A DNA stretch of 64,000 nucleotides. Source: a virus. The DNA lies in IMG/VR virus record IMGVR_UViG_3300010413_002950, positions 26,088 to 90,087 of that record. One strand, 5' to 3'. Shown here piece after piece: positions 1 to 9,573 of the stretch. Positions within the stretch are counted from its first letter, which is position 1, and every line of letters begins with the position of its first letter. A program made the position numbers and the translations under genes. The notes under the pieces are model-generated. The model did no database searches and was not told the DNA's origin. It saw only the letters and a list, made by a program, of their open reading frames with translations.

Positions 1-1113
1 TCGCTTACGGTAAATAGCTACAGCTTCATCTTCGGCTATTCCAATCTGTCTGCTATAAGCTACAGCTCTTTTAGGTATCTGCCTATTTCTGTAGCCTTCT
101 TTCACAAGATGAAGAAAATACTGATTCTCATTCTCAAATTCTTTAGGGATATGGACATTAGGCAATAGGCATTTTAGCGGATCAATTTCTATTTTAGCTT
201 CACATCTATCAGCAAATTCTATGGTGTTATTCAGAGAGTCAATTATGTATTTCTTGTCTATGCCATGGCTATTAAAGCTTTCCTTCATTTCCTTTCGTGT
301 TTTATACCAATAGCTATCTCCCTCAAACTTGAAGCGATCTTCATCACTAAGCTTTGATTGCGTATTCATAGCTAGCATGACTTCGTGAAACCGGATATCA
401 TCTTCGGAGCAATAATGAGAATCTTGTGTAGCTATTAACTTATTTCCATACTTTTTATGAATTCTAACTATTTCATTATTTGTAAATATTTGCCTTTCAA
501 ACTCATGTGGCATGATCTCAAGATATAGCCGATCGCCAAATATGCCACATAACCTGTCTAGAAGACTCTCTGTTCTAAGTATTTGCTTATTATGTATTGC
601 ATCATTAAGAATTGAGCCGATACAGCCAGAGCCTAATAGAATTCCGCTATTGTATTTCTCTAGCAAATCTAGATCGATCCGTGGCTTATAGTAATAGCCT
701 TCATCCCAGCCTATGCTACTTAGCCTATAGAGATTTCTTAGACCTTCATTATTCATAGCCCATGCTGTTATGTGGTATCGCTTATTTACTCCTAGCTTTT
801 CTTCTAGCTCTTTTCTTGCTTTCTTTTGTTCTGCTTTTCCATCTATTCCAGCTATGTCTAATTTTTCTTCTTCTGTTAATCCTTTTCTACTTATATCATC
901 ACAAATGTAAAATTCAATGCCATGTAGCGCCTTGATACCGGACTTATTGCATTCTTCTTGAAGCTTGTAGCTACCTCGCATAGTGCCATGATCGGTAATA
1001 GCTACAGCTCGATAGCCTCTTTCAGCTGCAGCTGTAACATAAGCTTCAACCGTAGCACAACCATCAAGTTGTGAGTAGTCGCTGTGACAATGAAGATGTA
1101 CTAAATCTTGCAT
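1..1113 (-). CDS. dnaE: DNA polymerase III alpha subunit, N-terminal PHP domain (runs off the left edge)
   Basis: Not in ORF track. Manual translation from ATG at 1113 gives MQDLVHLHCHSDYSQLDG...AVAITDHGTMRG...GIKALHGIEFY, the PHP motifs of family C polymerases. Confidence 0.95.
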   Translation of the reverse strand, partial: MQDLVHLHCHSDYSQLDGCATVEAYVTAAAERGYRAVAITDHGTMRGSYKLQEECNKSGIKALHGIEFYICDDISRKGLTEEEKLDIAGIDGKAEQKKARKELEEKLGVNKRYHITAWAMNNEGLRNLYRLSSIGWDEGYYYKPRIDLDLLEKYNSGILLGSGCIGSILNDAIHNKQILRTESLLDRLCGIFGDRLYLEIMPHEFERQIFTNNEIVRIHKKYGNKLIATQDSHYCSEDDIRFHEVMLAMNTQSKLSDEDRFKFEGDSYWYKTRKEMKESFNSHGIDKKYIIDSLNNTIEFADRCEAKIEIDPLKCLLPNVHIPKEFENENQYFLHLVKEGYRNRQIPKRAVAYSRQIGIAEDEAVAIYRKR

Positions 1114-1119
1114 TAGCTA

Positions 1120-1416
1120 TCAGCCGCGAGCTATAAATCTTTTTTGGCAATACAAACAATTTTCATCAGTGCATTCATCATACATGTTCAAAGCAGGAGG
1201 GCAATTATCAAGTACAATTGCATACGCTCTTTTCAAACAGGCTATAAGCTTGGAATTTTGTGAACGCAATTGTTCAATCTCATCACACTGTTTACGGATC
1301 TTTTTTATTGCAAGTGCAGTACCTTCAGTCTTCATATGTATTACCCTTTGTGCTGCCATACATCCTTCACAGTCTGGATTTAGCTCTGCTACTCTTACTA
1401 CGGGCGCATTAGTCAT
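1120..1416 (-). CDS. hypothetical protein (Cys-rich)
   Basis: ORF tightly packed in the operon. Confidence 0.6.
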   Translation of the reverse strand: MTNAPVVRVAELNPDCEGCMAAQRVIHMKTEGTALAIKKIRKQCDEIEQLRSQNSKLIACLKRAYAIVLDNCPPALNMYDECTDENCLYCQKRFIARG

Positions 1417-1423
1417 TTTTTAT

Positions 1424-2116
1424 CTACCTCTCAGGAATCTGCAAAATTCCCTGCTTAGCTAAAGCTGATAGCAACTCAACCAATATAGCTACTTCTTCAA
1501 AGCCACAGCGTAAAACCTTAGATCTAAATTGGCCTTCGTGAAATTTTCTGATATCTAGCTTATTGAAATCAGCTTCTTTCAAAATATCCTTTACCATTCT
1601 TCTTGATACCGGCAATTCGGCTGTTAGCTTAGCAAGATTTGTTTTGAAGTGCAATGAGATAAGGGCAAGATCCTTAACTCTATTGGTTTTACAGTACCAG
1701 CTGATATATCCAGTAGTTCTTAACTTATCTACAGAATAGATTGTTCCAGCCTTTATTACTATCAACTTCTTCTCACCAGTAGCAATCTTGTTTACCACTC
1801 TTCTTGGAAATGCCTGAGATAACAGCTTTTCAAAATGTTCGTACAAATGCCATAATTCATCAGGATAATCTACTCTAGCACCTTTCTTACCCCTTCTTCT
1901 AATTGCTGGCTTCTTCAGAAATGGTACTATCAATTCTTCAACTTCTTCAAGACTCATATCCTGAATTATATCATCTACATCAACAGAATTAGCTTTGCAG
2001 TATTTCTTTAGAGCTTTACAGCCATTTCTCCAGCCACAAGGTTTTTCTTTAGCTTGACCGTCACAGCTCGGATCACCTAGCTCATATCTACCAGCACATT
2101 CAGATAGTTTGGTCAT
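1424..2116 (-). CDS. hypothetical protein with N-terminal Cys cluster
   Basis: 230-aa ORF, GAGAGG-type SD context in operon, overlaps upstream gene. Confidence 0.75.
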   Translation of the reverse strand: MTKLSECAGRYELGDPSCDGQAKEKPCGWRNGCKALKKYCKANSVDVDDIIQDMSLEEVEELIVPFLKKPAIRRRGKKGARVDYPDELWHLYEHFEKLLSQAFPRRVVNKIATGEKKLIVIKAGTIYSVDKLRTTGYISWYCKTNRVKDLALISLHFKTNLAKLTAELPVSRRMVKDILKEADFNKLDIRKFHEGQFRSKVLRCGFEEVAILVELLSALAKQGILQIPER

Positions 2117-2426
2117 GCTTAATTCTCTTAGCTAATATACCAATATAATCACAGATATCTAAGCACTTATTAATTTCTTCTACTGGAAACCCATTTGGTA
2201 AAATCAGTAATTCTTGATCTGCAGCTACATCTTGAAGGCCAAATTTAGAATACAGTTTTACCATATTTGAAAAGTACTTTTCTACTTTTTCTGGTTCTCC
2301 GTGCTTTATCAAAACAGAATGTTTAGCATCATAGCAAAATGCAACTTGCTCATATAAAGCTACAATCTCATTTAGATCTTCATCAAATAAGTTATACTTT
2401 CCATCTTCATATTTATAATGATACAT
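2100..2426 (-). CDS. hypothetical protein
   Basis: ORF 2100..2480; likely start ATG 2426 (MYHYKY). Confidence 0.7.
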   Translation of the reverse strand: MYHYKYEDGKYNLFDEDLNEIVALYEQVAFCYDAKHSVLIKHGEPEKVEKYFSNMVKLYSKFGLQDVAADQELLILPNGFPVEEINKCLDICDYIGILAKRIKHDQTI

Positions 2427-2449
2427 TATTCTACCCAGCAATCTCTCAT

Positions 2450-2935
2450 CTAACCATCTCCCAAAAATTCCCACAAACAATTCTCAATTAATAATCTACT
2501 ATTCTCATGCAATATTAGCTTATCTTTATTGGCCCTATACCAGCTAACCGGCTCACTAAATCCTTGAGCCCTACCAGCTCCAGCCCAATCGCAAACCATC
2601 TCAAGACAATACTTAAATGGTATCTCCATACACTTCAATTCGCCATTATCTTTTGGCTGTATCCAATATTGCCAATGATGTTTATTGCATTTCTGATGCC
2701 AGAACCAAGCTTTAGCAAATTCTTCATTGGCAGTTGGATCATAATAGCCTGTTTTGTCTCTCACAACTTCTTTAGAGCCATAGAATCTTTCGACATATGG
2801 AAACCACTCACGAGGCAAAAACTTGCTCATATCATGAGATATTCCTTGCCAATACAGCCCATGCTTCCAGCATTCAACAAGTACATACCATTTATGCCTA
2901 AGAACATAGCTCAAATATTTTAGGTGTTTATTCAT
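2450..2935 (-). CDS. DUF5662-like / HD-type putative phosphohydrolase
   Basis: RHKWYV...HDMSKF...HQKCNKHHWQYW...EMVCDW pattern. Confidence 0.7.
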   Translation of the reverse strand: MNKHLKYLSYVLRHKWYVLVECWKHGLYWQGISHDMSKFLPREWFPYVERFYGSKEVVRDKTGYYDPTANEEFAKAWFWHQKCNKHHWQYWIQPKDNGELKCMEIPFKYCLEMVCDWAGAGRAQGFSEPVSWYRANKDKLILHENSRLLIENCLWEFLGDG

Positions 2936-3894
2936 ATTCTCACATTCCTACCAGCTTCAAAAACTACAGCATTACGGTAATAGCTATGAGCTTGAAACAC
3001 ATTTAGATCTCCAGGATCTGTATTCGCTGGCAATCTTGCTACTCTAAGGTCATCGCAAATTGCGACCAGCTTATTGCAAATGGCTATAGCTGAATAGGGT
3101 ATTTGCAAATCAACTTCAGAATCATTATCCATCATAACTACTATTGTCTTTAGATTGAGCTTTAATAATAGCGCTTTCTGAGGATCGTGCAATTCTTTTC
3201 CGAATAAGCCTAAAGCATTAATTCCAAATGTTGCTAATTTCAAGACATCCATTGGCCCTTCTACAAGAGCTACTTCTCCATTAGTAATCTCGCTATAGAT
3301 CTGGCTCCAGCCATATAGCATTCTTGCAAATTTAGTACCCTTGGGATGAAAATACTTTGGCTCACGATCATCTACAGCTCTAGAAGTAAATGCAAATCCA
3401 TTTGGACAAGAGAAAGGGAATATTATTCTATTTCTGTAATCGCCCTTATTGCAAAAGCCTAAGTAATACCTAAGAGCTATTTCTCTTTCAATGCCACGAT
3501 CTACAAGGTATTTAGGCATTTGCCATTTCTTGCCATCAAATACAGAAATAAATTCATCTGGCGGTAATATCTCAATCATTTCTTTCTCTTTAGCTCTCAG
3601 GATATTCTTGTATCTATCCCAATCTTCATCTTGATGGTTATTTTGCCAACGGAATTTTACAACCTCTCTAAATCTTTTTAGCTTTATAGCTTTGTAGCTT
3701 TCGCCTGTAACTTCAGCTACTAGCCAAATGATATCACGATTTCTTTTATCACACTTGAAGCAAGTCCAATAACCTTCTTTCTGATGAATGTAAAGATGTT
3801 CAGCCTTACCGCAAAATGGACAATCGCAAATTAGTGATGGACCAGCTCCTCTGCCATTTAGTTCAGCTTTAGCCCATTCTAAGAAGCTATTCAC
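2932..3894 (-). CDS. dnaG: DNA primase (Zn finger + TOPRIM)
   Basis: CPFCG...CFKC zinc finger; RIIFPF; LVEGPMD and MMDND TOPRIM motifs. Confidence 0.92.
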   Translation of the reverse strand: MNSFLEWAKAELNGRGAGPSLICDCPFCGKAEHLYIHQKEGYWTCFKCDKRNRDIIWLVAEVTGESYKAIKLKRFREVVKFRWQNNHQDEDWDRYKNILRAKEKEMIEILPPDEFISVFDGKKWQMPKYLVDRGIEREIALRYYLGFCNKGDYRNRIIFPFSCPNGFAFTSRAVDDREPKYFHPKGTKFARMLYGWSQIYSEITNGEVALVEGPMDVLKLATFGINALGLFGKELHDPQKALLLKLNLKTIVVMMDNDSEVDLQIPYSAIAICNKLVAICDDLRVARLPANTDPGDLNVFQAHSYYRNAVVFEAGRNVRI

Positions 3895-5230
3895 CTTCAG
3901 CCTCGGTTATAATCATCCTGGAAAGATCTGCATCCAAAGGAATATAGAATTTGTCTTCTTCTTCTCTCAACTTCTCAACAAAAATCTCAAAACCGCCTTT
4001 AGCTTCTTCCTCAACTGGCTCATCAGCCATAACATTCACACCATATCTCTTTCTCTCATTCAAAGTCAACATCACATCAACCAGTTTCTCTTTATCATAA
4101 CTCTCTGAAGCTGATCCGCCTTTAGCTACTTTGTTCTCATACTCTTTACCGGCATGAGCTGTAGTCCAGCCAATTAGCTCCTGGCTTTCTAGCAAATCCT
4201 TGACATCTGTATAAACTTCTTTTTGCGATAGCCTGAAGCTTTCAGTTCGTCTAATTGGCTGCATATGATCAACAGAATCTATTATTACCATATCAATATC
4301 GCTACCAATTTCGTCTCTTACATCATCCAAAGCATTCTTGATAACATCTATATTGCAACTTCTTAACGGTATACTAATGATCCTGAGCTTCTTGTCAAAC
4401 TTCTTTCTAGCTTCAGCTATCATTTCTTCATATTTTTTCAGCTCTGTTGGATTAAATTCATAGTGCTTGAATTTTCTATAGCGAATACCTGAAAATCTAG
4501 AATCATACCTTTGAGCTACTCGCTTAACCGCCATTTCTGTAGAAAATTGTACAACCGTATAGCCACAGCTAATAGCATGATAGCCAAGCTGAATAGCAAA
4601 GGAAGTTTTGCCACGGCCTTTAGTTCCGACTATCATGCCAAATTCGCCCTCGCACATACCTACTATTTTCTTATCAAGAGAATAGATACCTGTAGGAATT
4701 GTCTTAAAGCGATTAGGGTAGATCTTGCGGATTCTTCGCTCTTCCTGTCTCTCTAAAGCTTCTTCTGACCATCTTGATATCTGATAGCTTCTTTCCCTTA
4801 GCTCACCTCTCATCAAATCCTTGATAGGTTCCCAAGCCTCATCATACCTACCTTGCTGTAGCTGATCAGCTGTAGCTCTGATAGCCATTTCAAGATCTGC
4901 TGTTCGGATAAAGCGCCTTAGCTCATCTAGTGATGCTTTTGATGAAGAAGTATCAGTTTGATAAAGCTGTCTAACCACATGCAAATTAGCTTTACGGATA
5001 TCTTCGTCAGCAAACTTTCTACCAGCATATTCTATAAAGTGCTGAGCTTTAGGCCGTTCAGCAAATTCACGCCAGATTTTCTTTATTACCGTCCAGACCC
5101 AACTATGCTCTTTAACAAGAAAGTGTGTGCGATCCAAAACTTCTGCAGCTTTCCGCATATACTTCTGATCTGTTAGGCATTGAGCTAATACTTCTCGCTC
5201 AAATTCTACATTGTGCTTTATGTCATTCAC
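3887..5230 (-). CDS. dnaB: replicative DnaB-like (SF4) helicase
   Basis: Walker A GTKGRGKT, FSTEM, Walker B VIIDS; adjacent to primase. Confidence 0.9.
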   Translation of the reverse strand: MNDIKHNVEFEREVLAQCLTDQKYMRKAAEVLDRTHFLVKEHSWVWTVIKKIWREFAERPKAQHFIEYAGRKFADEDIRKANLHVVRQLYQTDTSSSKASLDELRRFIRTADLEMAIRATADQLQQGRYDEAWEPIKDLMRGELRERSYQISRWSEEALERQEERRIRKIYPNRFKTIPTGIYSLDKKIVGMCEGEFGMIVGTKGRGKTSFAIQLGYHAISCGYTVVQFSTEMAVKRVAQRYDSRFSGIRYRKFKHYEFNPTELKKYEEMIAEARKKFDKKLRIISIPLRSCNIDVIKNALDDVRDEIGSDIDMVIIDSVDHMQPIRRTESFRLSQKEVYTDVKDLLESQELIGWTTAHAGKEYENKVAKGGSASESYDKEKLVDVMLTLNERKRYGVNVMADEPVEEEAKGGFEIFVEKLREEEDKFYIPLDADLSRMIITEAEGE

Positions 5231-5469
5231 TTATCGATATCTGGAAGAAGCCAACCTTCTGGCAATTGCTCTGGTTCAAAAAAATCTACATTTTCTATAT
5301 TTACTATACCATGATCAGCTTCATCTACTAACACCTTGCCAAGGAACACTCCTTTTCTGCCATCTTCAAGTGTAATTAGTATTCGCTGACACCAGCTTCC
5401 ATCATATTTTTTCTCCGACACTTTGCCATCCTCCAGAGATATTGCTCTTAATTTCATCACACACCTCAA
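5227..5469 (-). CDS. hypothetical protein
   Basis: ORF with ATGA coupling to the helicase. Confidence 0.6.
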   Translation of the reverse strand: MRCVMKLRAISLEDGKVSEKKYDGSWCQRILITLEDGRKGVFLGKVLVDEADHGIVNIENVDFFEPEQLPEGWLLPDIDK

Positions 5470-5899
5470 GTATTATTTGCTCATAATATTTCTTAGCTAT
5501 TCTGCTAGCATACCAATTGTCACAATTCTTGTGAATGTCTAAAAGAATTAGTAAAATTGGTTTTGTATTTAGATCATGCTTATAATGTATATAAATATTA
5601 TAGCTACCACGCTCTTTGAATTTTTTTCGTATTACTTCTTTAGCTATTTTCTTATTATGCTGATCGCCACCAAACCGCTTCTTAAATTTCTTCTGAATCT
5701 TATTGAAATTCTCATTCCCCAAAAATTCTCTCAACCTATCATCCAATTTCCAATCAACCTTATCTACAATCTTATTAACTGTAAAATTATATCGAATAGC
5801 TTTTCTGTCATCAAGCATATCATCAACTCGATACCCAATAGTTGACACTCTTCTTTCATCAATTGGATCTTTCAGATAGACAAATTTGAGATCGCACAT
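5402..5899 (-). CDS. hypothetical protein
   Basis: 165-aa ORF with AGGAG SD. Confidence 0.7.
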   Translation of the reverse strand: MCDLKFVYLKDPIDERRVSTIGYRVDDMLDDRKAIRYNFTVNKIVDKVDWKLDDRLREFLGNENFNKIQKKFKKRFGGDQHNKKIAKEVIRKKFKERGSYNIYIHYKHDLNTKPILLILLDIHKNCDNWYASRIAKKYYEQIILEVCDEIKSNISGGWQSVGEKI

Positions 5900-5907
5900 A
5901 GTTACTC

Positions 5908-5991
5908 CTAAGAATTAATCCATGCAAAAATACCAAACAAAATTATAATGCTTACATCAATAAGCATACCTATTATGTCATCATCCTTCAT
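5908..5991 (-). CDS. 27-aa single-TM peptide
   Basis: Manual translation MKDDDIIGMLIDVSIIILFGIFAWINS; fills the gap in the operon. Confidence 0.4.
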   Translation of the reverse strand: MKDDDIIGMLIDVSIIILFGIFAWINS

Positions 5992-5993
5992 AG

Positions 5994-6170
5994 CTATTTT
6001 GCCGATAGCTTTGTAACCGTAGATCCACCTAGAAGACCAACTATTAATGTAATCACTGGCATTCCAACATCGCTACCTATCTTGTCAGCATACATTAGAA
6101 ATGTAACTGCTCCTATAACCACTAGGCTTATAACACCATTCTTAATCATTGTTGCGTATTTTTCATTCAT
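5994..6170 (-). CDS. small two-TM membrane protein, holin-like
   Basis: Manual translation MNEKYATMIKNGVISLVVIGAVTFLMYADKIGSDVGMPVITLIVGLLGGSTVTKLSAK; AAGGAG SD. Confidence 0.6.
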   Translation of the reverse strand: MNEKYATMIKNGVISLVVIGAVTFLMYADKIGSDVGMPVITLIVGLLGGSTVTKLSAK

Positions 6171-6173
6171 TGC

Positions 6174-6344
6174 CTACTCCTTTGAAACAAATTTCACATC
6201 ATAATTCTTAGATGCAAAATAGCGAAATACATACTTTGAAGTTTTGCCAATAGCCCATTTTAGTATTGGTGCTGCTTCAGCTACATAGCCATTTCTGATT
6301 ACTAACCCAGCGCAATAGTATGGCGATGTTATTTGATATAGCAT
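6174..6344 (-). CDS. small hypothetical phage protein
   Basis: Manual translation MLYQITSPYYCAGLVIRNGYVAEAAPILKWAIGK...; TAATG coupling. Confidence 0.65.
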   Translation of the reverse strand: MLYQITSPYYCAGLVIRNGYVAEAAPILKWAIGKTSKYVFRYFASKNYDVKFVSKE

Positions 6345-6595
6345 TATTTGCTTATCTCAACTAGCTTCAGCTCTCCATCAATTTCTTTTTCTTCAAGTAT
6401 TGGCTTTTGAGTAGCTTTTATCATATAATTCAAATTATTCTTTAATTCTAAAAAACTTTCTCCGTATGGAGCAATCTCATCAGTCCAGCCATCTATTTGA
6501 TCATTGTCATCATACCAAACTTCATGAATACCATACATATAGTCATCTGACCGTTCTATTTTCTTACGAATAACCCTATAGTTCCATCCCGACAT
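6344..6595 (-). CDS. hypothetical phage protein (WNYRV...YGIHEVWY type)
   Basis: ORF; start ATG 6595 after GGAG. Confidence 0.75.
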   Translation of the reverse strand: MSGWNYRVIRKKIERSDDYMYGIHEVWYDDNDQIDGWTDEIAPYGESFLELKNNLNYMIKATQKPILEEKEIDGELKLVEISK

Positions 6596-6597
6596 AG

Positions 6598-6903
6598 CTA
6601 CTCCAGAAAGCATTCATCAGCTTTTTCACAGCTACTAGCTACAGCTACACATTTAGGATGCAAGGAAATACCAGTGCCGCTAGTTTCTAGCTCAATACAG
6701 ACATCGCTACAGCTAACATCATCAGCAGTTCCATATTCGTCATCTTCTCCAGCTGATCCTTCCCAACCAGGGCAATCCAGCTTCAGCATATTGCTACAAG
6801 CTAAAGCACATAGCTCAACTACATCACCTGTTGGCTCTGGAACTACCGGATCAGGGTTAAATGTACAAGCCGATAGTAAAATCAAAATACCTAAATGTTT
6901 CAT
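6598..6903 (-). CDS. Cys-rich lipoprotein
   Basis: Signal peptide with lipobox LSAC; several paired Cys. Confidence 0.75.
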   Translation of the reverse strand: MKHLGILILLSACTFNPDPVVPEPTGDVVELCALACSNMLKLDCPGWEGSAGEDDEYGTADDVSCSDVCIELETSGTGISLHPKCVAVASSCEKADECFLE

Positions 6904-7094
6904 ACTTCAATTACCTTTAGAAAGTCAGAATAGAGTACCCAACGAAAACTGACATTTTGATACCAATTATCTGGATAATATCCTACTTTGCTATAGATAT
7001 ATTCATTTTGACCGTATTTGTTTTTATCCCACACCTCAAATATTAATAATTCATTCTCAGGCGGTTCGCCAGTTTGCCATTTTAGTTTATTCAT
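6900..7094 (-). CDS. hypothetical protein
   Basis: ATGA-coupled ORF. Confidence 0.6.
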   Translation of the reverse strand: MNKLKWQTGEPPENELLIFEVWDKNKYGQNEYIYSKVGYYPDNWYQNVSFRWVLYSDFLKVIEV

Positions 7095-7888
7095 GCTTCA
7101 ACCCTCCTTAGCTTCTTCCAGCCATAAACAATGTTGAAATCGCTTGAATATTTCCACTTAATCACATCTTCTGTAACCTCAACAAAACCGCCATCACGCC
7201 AAAATTCAGACCATGAATTTACTTGCTTGAAAATCACAATTCCGTTGTGCTCTCGATAGCCAACTAGCGTTTGCATATGACCACCAACTAAAGGATCATT
7301 AGCTGAAGGCACATCAACAATGCTAGGGCCATCATCCTCAAGATATGACTTAGAAACCTGGCTACCATAGATCACAGGATACTCAGCATCTATAGCGGCT
7401 TGTACAGCCTTTACACGCTGATCGCCTACATCAAATATCTGCACGTACTTGCCATCTTTTCTGGAATGCCCTTTCATGTAAGCGTTCCAAGGAGGTTGCC
7501 TATTGATCTTAAATCGGCTATCAGAAAACGGCCAATACTTTTCAGATGGAACTCCAAACTTTCTTAGCATTTCCAGAGCGCTTCTTGGATAAGTTCCAGA
7601 ATCAGTTATTCTACCGCCATCATATTTTCTTGGATTCCAATATGCAAATAGCCTAGAAATTGGATCATATTCTAATCCAACTACTGACTCTAAAATCATA
7701 ATAGCATAAGCTATAGCCTGAGCTACACAGGAGCTACTGCCACCCTGATTAAGGATTTTTACTATATGCTGCTCTAGACTTTTAGCTTCAGATAAGCCGT
7801 ATAGCGATAGCCCTAGTTTATCTATATCGTGATCTCTAATGTCAAATTCGTTAGGTATCCAACCTAGCTTTTTCTTTCTTCTACCCAT
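7091..7888 (-). CDS. papain-family (C1A) cysteine peptidase
   Basis: NQGGSSSCVAQA (Gln/Cys), GGHMQTLVGY (His), NSW (Asn) catalytic motifs. Confidence 0.9.
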   Translation of the reverse strand: MGRRKKKLGWIPNEFDIRDHDIDKLGLSLYGLSEAKSLEQHIVKILNQGGSSSCVAQAIAYAIMILESVVGLEYDPISRLFAYWNPRKYDGGRITDSGTYPRSALEMLRKFGVPSEKYWPFSDSRFKINRQPPWNAYMKGHSRKDGKYVQIFDVGDQRVKAVQAAIDAEYPVIYGSQVSKSYLEDDGPSIVDVPSANDPLVGGHMQTLVGYREHNGIVIFKQVNSWSEFWRDGGFVEVTEDVIKWKYSSDFNIVYGWKKLRRVEA

Positions 7889-8157
7889 TATTTACTCAAT
7901 CCTGTTTTCTTAGCTGCAGCTTTCTGAGCCGATAACACTTCATCCAGAAATGGCTGTAGGTTATCATGAATTGCGCACCACTGCTGTGGGCTTAAGCCTT
8001 GTAGCTCTTCTGGTTTCTCTGCAGCTACTAGCTCACACAGAATAGCAGCTGCGTCATTAGCCGTTCTACCTACATCCTTTAGCAACCCACAGCTAGCAAC
8101 TATTACCAAAGTTGAAATTATTAGTAATTGTCCGATTATTAGAGTTATAGCTTTCAT
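7888..8157 (-). CDS. putative lipoprotein
   Basis: Hydrophobic N-terminus ending in lipobox VASC. Confidence 0.65.
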   Translation of the reverse strand: MKAITLIIGQLLIISTLVIVASCGLLKDVGRTANDAAAILCELVAAEKPEELQGLSPQQWCAIHDNLQPFLDEVLSAQKAAAKKTGLSK

Positions 8158-8435
8158 TTATTTACCTCATATTTTATTGTTTTTTGAAACCAATACTCGT
8201 TCATTTTATCCAAGAAATCAGCCGTAATAGGATACCCAGATTTTGAACCTATAACAGAATCAATTCCACAAAATGGACACATAGCCGTTTGTTCAATATC
8301 AATCCACCCCATAATCTTTGATGGAGCAAAAATTTCCCCACAGTAGAAACAGCCACATTGCTCACTGGCTAATATCTCATCTCTATGATAACTAGATCTA
8401 TCATGAGCAGCTATATGGTCTTTATTTATTTCCAT
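8154..8435 (-). CDS. small zinc-ribbon protein
   Basis: CGCFYC...CPFCGIDSVI pattern. Confidence 0.75.
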   Translation of the reverse strand: MEINKDHIAAHDRSSYHRDEILASEQCGCFYCGEIFAPSKIMGWIDIEQTAMCPFCGIDSVIGSKSGYPITADFLDKMNEYWFQKTIKYEVNK

Positions 8436-9073
8436 CCCATATCCTCTTGCATTTTCTTTCTTAGCTGTGGCCTATAATCTCCTGGTTCCATAACAACTTT
8501 CTCAAAGCAACCAGAGATCAAGCTTGTTAGTGTTGCCCCATAGTCTTTATTTGTTATATCCTTGTTACTTGCCAATAGCGTAGGCAATAGGTTATCATTC
8601 CTATTCTTCAATATTCTTTCTACCTGAGTTCTCATCCAAGAATCAGCTTCTTTATATTTCTCTTTTAGCAATTCATCAATACAGAGAAAATCGCTCTGTA
8701 TCATCAGCTCTAGCCGATCAGCCCACTTGTTATCTGAGAAACCACGCTTCAGATCGTATTCAAGCTGTGACACAGTTGTGTAATAAGCAAAGTAGCCTCT
8801 TTCCAAAGCTTTGCATAAAATGAAAGAAGCTAGCATTGTTTTGCTAGAGCCGTTATCTCCTATCAGACACAGCCCATAGCCATTAGCTCTAGCTGCTTTT
8901 AGATTCTGACAATATGGTATAATATATTTTAGAAATTGTCTTTTTGATGTTTCTATATCTTCTATCTTTACATTCCAAAAGCGCATAGGAATACAAGCTT
9001 CAAACTTAGCAAGTTGGCCCTTGCCAGTCTGGTTTCTGTATTTGAATTCGTCTACGTGGCTTTCAGTGCGCAT
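8426..9073 (-). CDS. DnaC/IstB-like AAA+ helicase loader
   Basis: Walker A GDNGSSKT, Walker B LCIDEL, R..N.LPTLLASN; lies downstream of the initiator. Confidence 0.85.
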   Translation of the reverse strand: MRTESHVDEFKYRNQTGKGQLAKFEACIPMRFWNVKIEDIETSKRQFLKYIIPYCQNLKAARANGYGLCLIGDNGSSKTMLASFILCKALERGYFAYYTTVSQLEYDLKRGFSDNKWADRLELMIQSDFLCIDELLKEKYKEADSWMRTQVERILKNRNDNLLPTLLASNKDITNKDYGATLTSLISGCFEKVVMEPGDYRPQLRKKMQEDMGWK

Positions 9074-9076
9074 TGG

Positions 9077-9280
9077 TTATCTCTTATATTCAATATTCTC
9101 TTCTAAGCAACGTAACCTATAACGAACTTCTTCACATATTCCAAGTAAATTTAAACCCTTATTTTCACCAATCTTTTCTCTTCGCAATTTTCTAATACCA
9201 TTTGGAAATTCGTAATAATCAACATTAGCAAACCAGCCATACTTTGATTTATTGTAAGTTACTTGATACTTGGATTCCAT
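9077..9280 (-). CDS. hypothetical protein
   Basis: ORF in operon. Confidence 0.55.
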   Translation of the reverse strand: MESKYQVTYNKSKYGWFANVDYYEFPNGIRKLRREKIGENKGLNLLGICEEVRYRLRCLEENIEYKR

Positions 9281-9282
9281 TG

Positions 9283-9567
9283 CTATTTCTCTTCTTCAGA
9301 AATAAGAACCGGGCCAACTGGCTCAACCAACATATGCTTTTCTCCGATATGAGCAATTTCAAAAGTATAGTTATTGATAACTATCTTTTCACCAACTTGA
9401 AACACAGACCAATGCTTTGGAACAGGAGAACCATCAGGACGAATCAAATTGCCAATATTCGTTTCGTATTGCTTTACCAATTTCTCATGTTGTTTCATGT
9501 ACTCAATCAAATCTTCTTTGGTTGTGCAATTAATCAAATACTCAAATTTGTTTGTCTCTGGATTCAT
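9283..9567 (-). CDS. hypothetical protein
   Basis: ORF with GAGG SD. Confidence 0.65.
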   Translation of the reverse strand: MNPETNKFEYLINCTTKEDLIEYMKQHEKLVKQYETNIGNLIRPDGSPVPKHWSVFQVGEKIVINNYTFEIAHIGEKHMLVEPVGPVLISEEEK

Positions 9568-9573
9568 ATTTCC

